Assembly (NCBI GenBank): GCA_964528965.1 | Contig: CAZGVL010000006.1 | Span: forward strand, 10,265-74,264 | DNA: 64,000 nt | Reading direction: 5' to 3' | Source of the DNA: an uncultured Woeseiaceae bacterium | Lineage (GTDB): Bacteria; Pseudomonadota; Gammaproteobacteria; Steroidobacterales; Woeseiaceae | In this document: piece after piece, positions 44,791 to 52,833 of the stretch | How positions within the stretch are numbered: position 1 is the stretch's first letter | Layout of the letters: each line of letters opens with the position of its first letter | Notes under the pieces: generated by a model | Seen by the model: the letters and a program-made list of their open reading frames with translations, nothing else | Told to the model about the DNA's origin: nothing | The model's database searches: none | Position numbers and translations under genes: made by a program

Positions 44791-45876
44791 GTGCGGCGTA
44801 AGTGTGCAGCGTTTATCGACCTCGACGCCATTCGAGCGAACTACGCTCTTGCAAGCCGCCTGGCACCGAACTCCCGCTCCATAGCGGTTATCAAGGCAAA
44901 CGCCTATGGGCATGGTGCGATAGCGGTTGCGCGCGCACTGCAGGGTGACGCGCCGGCCTTCGCTGTAGCGATAATCGACGAAGCGCATGAACTCCGAGAA
45001 GCTGGAATAGAAGAGCCACTGTTGGTCATGGAGGGCGTCTACGACAGTGACGCACTCGAGTACGCGGCGACGCAGAATCTGGCGATAGTCGTGCATAACG
45101 AAGAGCAGCTACATGATCTCCTCGCCGCCGCGCTGCCGTCAGCCGTGTCCGTCTGGCTTAAAGTTGATACCGGCATGCACCGACTGGGTTTGTCGCCAGA
45201 CAGGGTTGGCGATGCTGTCGAGCGTTTACTCGCAAGCGGCAATTGCGCTGAAAATATTGTCGTCTGCACGCATTTGGCGACAGCTGATGTGCCCGGCAGC
45301 GCTGCTGTCGAACAGCAGATACAGGTCTTCGATGACTGTGTTGCCGGTCTTGATGTTCTACACAGCATCAGCAATTCGGGCGGCATATTGGCAAGCCCCG
45401 AAAGTCACCGCGACTGGAATCGTCCCGGCTACATGCTATACGGCAACTCTCCATTTTCGGTCGATGTAGATATTGTCAAAGAACTGCGACCAGCAATGAC
45501 ACTGCAATCTGAAATTATTGCACTGCGCCAGATCGAGCCGGGCGAGTCGGTCGGCTACGGTGGCAAATGGAAGGCGACGCAACGATCGGTGGTCGCGACG
45601 GTCGCAATCGGTTACGCCGACGGGTATCCGCGACACGCGCCAAATGGCACGCCCACTCTGGTCAACGGTTGTGTTGCGCCCTTGATTGGTGCCGTATCAA
45701 TGGACATGATTTCGATTGATGTATCGTCGCTGCAACAGGTAGCTATAGGCGATAAAGTCGTCTTGTGGGGAGGAGGCTTGTCTGTCGACGCCGTTGCGAG
45801 CGCAGCTGGCACCATAGGCTATGAACTGCTGACCAACGTAACGCCGCGTGTGCCGCGCCGGTTTTCATCGAGCTAA
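44791..45876 (+). CDS. alr: Alanine racemase
   Basis: 361 aa with a GTG start 3 nt after the upstream stop. Motifs: AVIKANAYGHG (PLP Lys), ...GYADGYPR..., VSMDMISIDV. Confidence 0.9.
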   Translation: MRRKCAAFIDLDAIRANYALASRLAPNSRSIAVIKANAYGHGAIAVARALQGDAPAFAVAIIDEAHELREAGIEEPLLVMEGVYDSDALEYAATQNLAIVVHNEEQLHDLLAAALPSAVSVWLKVDTGMHRLGLSPDRVGDAVERLLASGNCAENIVVCTHLATADVPGSAAVEQQIQVFDDCVAGLDVLHSISNSGGILASPESHRDWNRPGYMLYGNSPFSVDVDIVKELRPAMTLQSEIIALRQIEPGESVGYGGKWKATQRSVVATVAIGYADGYPRHAPNGTPTLVNGCVAPLIGAVSMDMISIDVSSLQQVAIGDKVVLWGGGLSVDAVASAAGTIGYELLTNVTPRVPRRFSSS

Positions 45877-45893
45877 GCGGTTCGTCGAGGTCG

Positions 45894-47009
45894 CTAGTTC
45901 GCAGCGACTTTATCAAACTGCAACATCGAAAGGTCGCTGATGCCTTCTATCCCGAGACCGGGTGCATCGCTGATAGTGATCTCGGAGTTTTCGAACTTAA
46001 CGCCACCTATCACCGGGTTGATCGCAGCCAATGATGGACTGTCGAGGTCGATGCGAGTTATCGCATTCGATTTGGCAACTGCGAGGTGCGCCGCCGCGGA
46101 AACACTGATGCTGGTTTCAGCCATACAGCCGATCATGCATTCAACACCGTAGATTGCTGCTATATCTGCGATCTTGATCGCGTTGGAAATGCCGCCGGTT
46201 TTCATCAGCTTTATATTAATGATGTCGGCCGCGCGTCTTTGGATGATATCGATAACTTCCTTCGGTCCAAAGGTACTTTCATCCGCCATTACCGGTGTGG
46301 TGACGCGCTCCGTTACATACTTCATACCATCGATGTCGTCACTGCGAACGGGTTGTTCAATCAACTCCAATTCAACCCCGCTGTCCTCGAGTTCGCGCAA
46401 TGCCGAAACGGTTTGCTTCGGTGTCCAACCCTGGTTTGCGTCGAGTCGGATCAGCGCCTTGCCGCTAACGGCAGCGTAAATGGCCTTAACGCGTTCAATG
46501 TCCAATGCCAGATCTTTACCAACTTTGATTTTTAACGCATCAAACCCCTGCTCAACGGCCTGCAGAGAGTCGGCGACCATTTTGTCGATGTAATCCACAC
46601 TGATGGTCAGGTCGGTTGAAATGACCGGTTCGCCACCGCCAAGCACACTGTAGAGAGGCGATTCGAATGACTGTGCGAACAAATCGTAGATCGCAATTTC
46701 GACAGCGGCTTTGGCGCTGAAGTTCATGAAAATCGAGCCCTGAATCAAATCGTTCACGTGATTCAGATTGCGCACATCCTCACCCATAATGCTGGGTAGA
46801 ATAAAGGTTCGAATAGCCGCGATGATGGAACCGTGAGTTTCACCAGTGATGACCGCTGTTGCCGGCGCACTGCCGTAACCACGATGGCCGGTGTCGGTTT
46901 CCAGAATAATAACGACATCTTCTATCTCAGAAACAGTTCTGAGAGCGGTCTTGAAAGGCGTCTTCAGTGGAACGCGAAGCTTGCCGAACTCGATGGAAGT
47001 GATTTTCAT
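45894..47009 (-). CDS. L-Ala-D/L-Glu dipeptide epimerase (enolase superfamily, YkfB/YcjG type)
   Basis: 371 aa. MKITSIEFGKLRVPLKTPFKTALRTV..., LKIKVG, RLDANQGW, IEQPV, MADES, NIKLMKTGG, CMIGCM align almost motif-for-motif with B. subtilis YkfB. Confidence 0.9.
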   Translation of the reverse strand: MKITSIEFGKLRVPLKTPFKTALRTVSEIEDVVIILETDTGHRGYGSAPATAVITGETHGSIIAAIRTFILPSIMGEDVRNLNHVNDLIQGSIFMNFSAKAAVEIAIYDLFAQSFESPLYSVLGGGEPVISTDLTISVDYIDKMVADSLQAVEQGFDALKIKVGKDLALDIERVKAIYAAVSGKALIRLDANQGWTPKQTVSALRELEDSGVELELIEQPVRSDDIDGMKYVTERVTTPVMADESTFGPKEVIDIIQRRAADIINIKLMKTGGISNAIKIADIAAIYGVECMIGCMAETSISVSAAAHLAVAKSNAITRIDLDSPSLAAINPVIGGVKFENSEITISDAPGLGIEGISDLSMLQFDKVAAN

Positions 47010-47021
47010 GATATTGGTCCG

Positions 47022-48407
47022 CTAATTAACTTTCTTAATGCTCGCAATCGAATCAACGTAACTTCGATCCTGGGTCGAGCGCAGTGGTAGTAATGGTGTT
47101 ACCGAAACACCGCTGAGCACGCCGCTGTAAAATTCACCGTCCGGCGTGTTGTAGCTCAAACTGTCCACATCGTGAATGACGTAGGGGTGTCCATCGACCT
47201 CGCCAAGGTACAGCATGACGTGACCGGGGATGTAAATCAGGTCGCCAACGTCCATGAGTTGCAGTGCCTCTGATTTCGAGTTCTCGAGCGAGGTGTCTGC
47301 AAATCGAACGTTGTCGCCAATAGAACTCCGGCCTTGATCGCCGGAGTTGCGCGGCAGGTAAATGCCGAATGTCTTGTATATTTCCGAGACGAAACCAGTG
47401 CAGTCCCGGGCGTTGAAGGAATGCCCCCAGCCATAGCGCTCGCCAAGAAACTTGAATGACTGTCGAATGATGTTCTGTCGCGTGTACGGCAGATAGCCCG
47501 GCGCAACGTCCTGATTGCGGGCTATCAGGGCCGGTTCGAAACGAAGTTGGCCGGCCTCATCACGGATGGGCAAGTCCACAACGTAACTCGTGTACGGATT
47601 CTGTCCACGCAGGTTGTTGCCTACGGCTTTGCGATCGGCGAGCGGTAAGCGTGTGCCCATGTCGAACTGCAACTCGGAAACGGCTGCCAGCTCAGGATTA
47701 AAAGTTGTAAAGACCTTGTCGCCGGTCACGACAATGAAGCTCTGTCGGTCTCTGTACTCAAGGATTTCATCTCGATTACCGACAGCAATCGCCTCTCTGC
47801 GCACCCACGCCAGGTAGTTGTAGCTTTGTACCAGCAGCCATTCGCCATCTTTGCTCTGGTGCAGGATTGCCACAGCATCGGCAGGAAACAAGCCATTTTC
47901 CTGAAAGCGATCGATGTTGGTCGGGATCTCAGTCTTGTAAACCGCATCATCGGTGGGATAGGTGCGCATGTGGGCGCGTTTTACAACGAGACCAAAGCGA
48001 ACGGAATTCGCTGCTGCGATCGCGTGCAGATTCAAGCTGTCCTCGTAGCGTGCGAAGTCAGTCTCGCCAACTTCTGAACCATCCGCAAAATAGCGCGGCG
48101 TGGTTGGCACGCGGCTGACGGTGCGCAACATCGCCACTGTCTGGTCGGAGCTTAGATCTGTCGGGAAATGTCGCAGGTCCACCATTGTGTCGGCGGACGC
48201 AAATGCGGTCGAGTTTAACGCACTGATTTTCTGCACCGAGAGAATCGGTGTGTCGTCATTGGTCTTGTTTATCCAAAATGTCGGTGTCAAGAATCTCTCC
48301 TCTATGCCGATAACGTCGGTATGCAACTGTGTCGTTGTCGGCGCTTCCGAGTTCTGGCCAGAGCAGCCCTGCAACAACACCATGCAAATCGCAGTGGTGT
48401 ACGCCAT
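47022..48407 (-). CDS. NlpC/P60 (C40) lipoprotein with SH3-like N-terminal domains, YkfC-type gamma-D-Glu-L-diamino-acid endopeptidase
   Basis: The catalytic motifs are DCTGFVSEIY, IPGHVMLYLG and ...VIHD. The start was set at the internal ATG (48407), giving MAYTTAICMVLLQGCSG (lipobox). The track start at 48491 adds 28 aa. Confidence 0.85.
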   Translation of the reverse strand: MAYTTAICMVLLQGCSGQNSEAPTTTQLHTDVIGIEERFLTPTFWINKTNDDTPILSVQKISALNSTAFASADTMVDLRHFPTDLSSDQTVAMLRTVSRVPTTPRYFADGSEVGETDFARYEDSLNLHAIAAANSVRFGLVVKRAHMRTYPTDDAVYKTEIPTNIDRFQENGLFPADAVAILHQSKDGEWLLVQSYNYLAWVRREAIAVGNRDEILEYRDRQSFIVVTGDKVFTTFNPELAAVSELQFDMGTRLPLADRKAVGNNLRGQNPYTSYVVDLPIRDEAGQLRFEPALIARNQDVAPGYLPYTRQNIIRQSFKFLGERYGWGHSFNARDCTGFVSEIYKTFGIYLPRNSGDQGRSSIGDNVRFADTSLENSKSEALQLMDVGDLIYIPGHVMLYLGEVDGHPYVIHDVDSLSYNTPDGEFYSGVLSGVSVTPLLPLRSTQDRSYVDSIASIKKVN

Positions 48408-48509
48408 GCGCGCTGTAACAAATCCGCGGCCGCCTTCAATTCGTTGTCGTGTCTGGCAAATCTTCCGAAGGCCATAAATACTTTGTGTCATCTCTTCGTA
48501 ACTCAGCTT

Positions 48510-49499
48510 TCAGGCGGCGTCTGTTGGCAACCCGGCGGGCGCTACCTGCGGCTGCGTCATGTCTTCTTCGGCCGCATCAACCCGCAGTAAATCCTCGAGT
48601 TGTTCGGGGTAGTATTTTTCGATGAGTGCAAACAGGATTGCCGTAGTTTCAGCAGTCGGTTCGCTGCTCACTTGCGAAGGGCGAAAGTGCATCTGGAAAG
48701 CGCGCAGTACATTTCGCGTGTGCTTGTCGAGCTCACCTGTGACTTCAATACCGTAGCCATAAGCACTCAGGGCTTGCTGGACGTTCTGCAATGGCAGCGG
48801 TTCATTTCTGAACTGATCCCAGTAGCGCAGCACCGTGTCATCGTCGAACCAGGCGCCAAAGCCGAGTTGGTAGAGCCGCTCCCACGGAAAGCGCGGGCCC
48901 GGGTCGATTTTTCGCCCTGGCGCTATATCAGCATGACCGACGAAGTTGGTTGGGCGCACATTCGGATGGCGCTCGAGAATGTCTTCGAGCAGGTCGATCA
49001 ATAACACCAGCTGTGCCTCGGCGAAGTCGGGGTAGAAGCAAATTCTCGCAGGTGCCTCGATTTCAGCCGCCAAATCAGACGGGCTGGACTTGCAGTAAGT
49101 TTGATTGACCAGCTCAATGCCGATGGATTGGTCGTTTAGCGCAATTCGGCCTCCCCAGAAACTGCTGCCCGCGTGCCAGGCCCGCTCGGTCTCGGGGACG
49201 AGCTCGTACACCTCCAGCTTCTTGCCGGTATAGCTGGGGTCGTTGGGTTCCGGAATGAGGTAGTGCGAGCTGACCGGATTGCCGGATGTTTTGGTCAAAA
49301 TTTGCAAGGAATCGGCAAAATCTGCAGTGGTGTGGTGAATGACGACAATACCGACACGACTGTTGAAGTTTTCTGAGGTGGACTGCACGCGGCCGTCTGT
49401 TGCGCATCCTGACAGCAAAAAAGTGCCGAACAGCGCTGCGGCGCGTAGTGTTGCAGAAAATCTACTGATTTCAATGATAGTCATTCTCGCGGTACTCAA
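48510..49499 (-). CDS. amiD: N-acetylmuramoyl-L-alanine amidase AmiD (Amidase_2 + PG-binding domain), lipoprotein
   Basis: 329 aa with lipobox FLLSGC. VVIHHTTADFADSLQILT...VSSHYLIPE...AWHAGSSFWGG...NDQSIGIELVN...HADIAPGRKIDPGPRFPW...LRAFQMHFRP aligns along the length of E. coli AmiD. Confidence 0.9.
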   Translation of the reverse strand: MSTARMTIIEISRFSATLRAAALFGTFLLSGCATDGRVQSTSENFNSRVGIVVIHHTTADFADSLQILTKTSGNPVSSHYLIPEPNDPSYTGKKLEVYELVPETERAWHAGSSFWGGRIALNDQSIGIELVNQTYCKSSPSDLAAEIEAPARICFYPDFAEAQLVLLIDLLEDILERHPNVRPTNFVGHADIAPGRKIDPGPRFPWERLYQLGFGAWFDDDTVLRYWDQFRNEPLPLQNVQQALSAYGYGIEVTGELDKHTRNVLRAFQMHFRPSQVSSEPTAETTAILFALIEKYYPEQLEDLLRVDAAEEDMTQPQVAPAGLPTDAA

Positions 49500-49715
49500 T
49501 TATCGCTTTCGCCTGTCAAAATGGGCCGTTCGGCGAACGAATATGTTATTCCGACAATAGCGCCAAGCCCTTTTCCGCTGCTGCTTTGCCGGTATATACC
49601 GTAGCAAAGATTAGCAGGAATAAAAAATTCTTTACTTTTCGCGTCCCGATGATATTTTAAGCGTTGGCTTTTAGCTACACACATGCACAATCGGTTCAGA
49701 TTCAAGGGGAACGTC

Positions 49716-52688
49716 ATGACGCAGCCACGAAAGTCGCTGAAAAATTTAGTGTCCAGCTTCAATTTACTCGGAAGTTGGAAGATATTGGTACTCGGCCTGG
49801 CGTTCTTTGCAGGGCCAGCACTTGCGCAACAGACCGGTGCTCTGGCCGGCATGGTCACCGATGGCAATGGCGCGGCCCTTGCGGGCGTTACCGTTGAGGC
49901 ATCCAGTAACGTGTTGCCGAAGGCGCGCACGAGCACGTCAGCGCAGAATGGCCATTTCCGTATGCCATTGCTGACACCCGGTGAATACGATGTGCGCTTC
50001 ATTTTCGCCGACGGATCTTCGCTGACACGCAAAACGACGGTTCAATTGGGACAGGAAGCGCAGGTCGACATCGTTTTCGGTGCCACCCAGGCTGAGGTTG
50101 AGGAAATTGTCGTTACGGGTACGCAGATGGCGTCAGATACCGGCCAGGGCGCGCTGAAAGACTCAATATCTGCAGCGACCATTGACGGATTGCCGGTAGG
50201 GCAGGAATACCGGGACCTGATAAAACTGATTCCCGGTGTGCAATACAGCGAAGACCTGGTGCGCGGCCCGAGTGCCGGCGGCAACGGCCAGGACAACACA
50301 TACCTGTTTGACGGCGTCGATGTTTCGACGCCGCTGTTTGGCACATTGGCAGCAGATCCATCGTCGCATGACATCGCTGAAGTCTCGATTGTCCGCGGCG
50401 GCGCCAAAGCCATCGGCTTTAACCGCTCAGGTGGTTTGTACATGAACACAGTGAGCAAGTCCGGAACAGACGAGTTTCACGGTGAAGTCAGCTACCAGGT
50501 GCAATCGGCAAGCATGACCGGTGATCGTGATACGGGCGACAACCCGGTTGAGTTTGATGAAGACAAAGAATGGGTGACGGCAAGTCTCGGCGGACCTATC
50601 GTGCCCAATCATCTGTTTTTCTACGCGTCCTACTACTCTCCGACCTCAACGCGCGACAACGCTGCGAACGCTTACGGTGACGTCCCCGACTTCGATGAAT
50701 CTCGTGATGAAGGATTTGCGAAGTTGACCTGGGCAGCGACGGATAGCCTGACGTTCAATGGCAGCTACCGATCCTCTGAGACTGAAATCAACAATCGAAG
50801 CGTTGGCACTTTTGGCGCGGCTTCAACGTCCGAGGGCGATCTGGCGACACTCGATATTGCGATTCTCGAGGGTGCATGGATCATCAATGACGTAAGTTCT
50901 ACGAACTTCAAATACACAAACTTCAAGAACGACACATCGTCGCGCCCGGACACATTGTTCGACTTCCAGATCGCAGCTGGCCAGTCGCTGAATATTGCGG
51001 CGCTTGATACGCAGGGGAACTATTTCGTTCCTACGACTATCGACGGAGAGGATGCTTACAACGCGTTCATTCAACCGTACATCGATACCTATGGCTACAG
51101 CGACAATGGTGTACAAACCGGCGGCGGCAACGTCGGCGGCGCAAGGCAACTGGACGACGCCAACTTTTCTCGTGAGAGTTTTGAGATCAGTTATGACCGT
51201 TTGATTTATGCAGGCAACACTACGCACGATCTGCACTTTGGCTACCAGTTTCAGAACGACGAAGAAGAGTTGTTGCGACTGTCAAATGGCTGGGGCTCGA
51301 TTTCGACGCCTGGCGGACGAGTAACTTCGCCCAACCTTGGTGAAGACGTCTTTTTTGAAGCGCGTTTCCAGCAACAGAGCTTGCAGGAAGGCAACGGTGC
51401 TGCAGTGCCGCCAATTGTCTCCAGCATTGAGATGCAGAGCTTCGAGATCAACGACACAATCGACGTTGGCGCCTGGGTGTTCAACATTGGTTTGCTGTTC
51501 AGCAGCGATACGCTGTATGGCTCTGGCCTCGCTCCGGATGCATCCAATCCTGTGACAGGCCTGACGCCTTCACCTGGAACCAAGTACGAGATGTACAAGG
51601 TCGACTGGGATGAGATGATTCAGCCCCGTATTGGCGCGACCTGGAATTACAGCGATACCAGCTCTGTCTACCTGAACTACGCCAAGTACAATCCTTCAGC
51701 CTCATCACTGGCGCGTGCCGCATCCTGGGATCGAAACCTGCGTCGCAGCATCGATGCTTTCTTCAGGGCTGACGGAACAATGATCGAACTGGACGAAGTT
51801 GGCTCATCCTCCGGTAAGATATTCGATGACGGTTTGACGCCGCGAAGCATTGACGAAATTCTGCTGGGCTGGACGATGGACGTTTCCGGTGATCTCCTGC
51901 TTCGGGCGCATGCTCGCTACCGCGAAGGTGGTCACTTCTGGGAAGACACATCAAATACTGACCGTGTGAATCTTGATCCTCCTCCGGGCATTCCGCGTGA
52001 GCCATATATCGAGAATCTCCAGGAAATTCGTGATGAAATCGGTGGCTCATCGTTCGTGATCGCAGAGCTTGATACCGCTTATACGAAGTACTACGAGCTT
52101 AGCACCGAGCTTGAGTGGAGTCGGGACAACTTCTTCATGAACGCGTCTTACACCTGGAGCCACTACTACGGTAACTTCGATCAGGACAACACGACGACCA
52201 ACAATGACCAGGCGATCTTCATCGGTTCCTCTAACCTGGCTGATGGCGCGGGTCGGCAGCTTTGGAATAACAAAGACGGCAACCTTCGCGGCGATCGTCG
52301 GCATCAGTTCAAGACCTACGGTTACTACAACTTCGACTGGAACGGTTCTGCAGGCGCATACCTGGTCTACCAGTCAGGCCAGCCTTGGGAAGCGTGGGAT
52401 TCAAACGTCTACAGGCAATACACCAGCAGCACCAGCGATACGATTCGCTATGCTGAGCCAGCCGGTACCAATACGACCGATGCCCACTGGCAGCTGGACT
52501 TGAACTACACGCAGAACTTCACAATCTTCAAGAACCAGAACCTGCAACTGCGTGCCGACATTTTCAACGTGCTCGACAATCAGACTGGCTACGGCATTCA
52601 AAGCAAGGTAAACAGCGCAGGGTTTGGAGATCCGACAGAGTTCTTCAATCCGCGTCGAATCCAGGTGGCATTCAAGTACCAGTTCTAA
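49716..52688 (+). CDS. TonB-dependent receptor, Oar-like (N-terminal carboxypeptidase-regulatory-like domain)
   Basis: The start was set at the ATG at 49716, with AAGGGGA upstream; the signal peptide ends ...FFAGPALAQQ. GMVTDGNGAALAGVTVEASS...GEYDVRF is a CarboxypepD_reg-type beta-sandwich. Plug and barrel follow, and the C-terminus is ...RIQVAFKYQF. About 990 aa. Confidence 0.85.
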   Translation: MTQPRKSLKNLVSSFNLLGSWKILVLGLAFFAGPALAQQTGALAGMVTDGNGAALAGVTVEASSNVLPKARTSTSAQNGHFRMPLLTPGEYDVRFIFADGSSLTRKTTVQLGQEAQVDIVFGATQAEVEEIVVTGTQMASDTGQGALKDSISAATIDGLPVGQEYRDLIKLIPGVQYSEDLVRGPSAGGNGQDNTYLFDGVDVSTPLFGTLAADPSSHDIAEVSIVRGGAKAIGFNRSGGLYMNTVSKSGTDEFHGEVSYQVQSASMTGDRDTGDNPVEFDEDKEWVTASLGGPIVPNHLFFYASYYSPTSTRDNAANAYGDVPDFDESRDEGFAKLTWAATDSLTFNGSYRSSETEINNRSVGTFGAASTSEGDLATLDIAILEGAWIINDVSSTNFKYTNFKNDTSSRPDTLFDFQIAAGQSLNIAALDTQGNYFVPTTIDGEDAYNAFIQPYIDTYGYSDNGVQTGGGNVGGARQLDDANFSRESFEISYDRLIYAGNTTHDLHFGYQFQNDEEELLRLSNGWGSISTPGGRVTSPNLGEDVFFEARFQQQSLQEGNGAAVPPIVSSIEMQSFEINDTIDVGAWVFNIGLLFSSDTLYGSGLAPDASNPVTGLTPSPGTKYEMYKVDWDEMIQPRIGATWNYSDTSSVYLNYAKYNPSASSLARAASWDRNLRRSIDAFFRADGTMIELDEVGSSSGKIFDDGLTPRSIDEILLGWTMDVSGDLLLRAHARYREGGHFWEDTSNTDRVNLDPPPGIPREPYIENLQEIRDEIGGSSFVIAELDTAYTKYYELSTELEWSRDNFFMNASYTWSHYYGNFDQDNTTTNNDQAIFIGSSNLADGAGRQLWNNKDGNLRGDRRHQFKTYGYYNFDWNGSAGAYLVYQSGQPWEAWDSNVYRQYTSSTSDTIRYAEPAGTNTTDAHWQLDLNYTQNFTIFKNQNLQLRADIFNVLDNQTGYGIQSKVNSAGFGDPTEFFNPRRIQVAFKYQF

Positions 52689-52720
52689 TTTGAATCAGTT
52701 CACGGCTTGTCCGTGTTAAG

Positions 52721-52789
52721 AGTCGCAATCACTCCCCTGTGTGCCGTTTCCCCTCGGCAGCAGGGGCAGTGAATTGCGACTTTTTTTTT
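52721..52789 (+). terminator. Strong rho-independent terminator: two-tier ~24-bp hairpin followed by T8-9
   Basis: The outer stem is 52721-52733 / 52768-52781 (13 bp, one bulge). The inner stem is CCCCTG..TGCCG / CGGCA.CAGGGG (11 bp) with loop TTTCCCCT. A T-run at 52781-52789 follows directly. It lies 33 nt after the receptor stop. Coordinates were verified against flanking ORF translations. Confidence 0.8.
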
Positions 52790-52833
52790 GGGGCGGAGTC
52801 AGCCACGCTGGCAAAACCCATCGGCATGCAGCG

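Noticed and set aside
52741-52833. Upstream GTG start for the metallophosphoesterase ORF
   Set aside because: These 31 codons are the descending arm and T-run of the receptor terminator hairpin. The GTG at 52834 gives a basic n-region plus the lipobox LILLAC.
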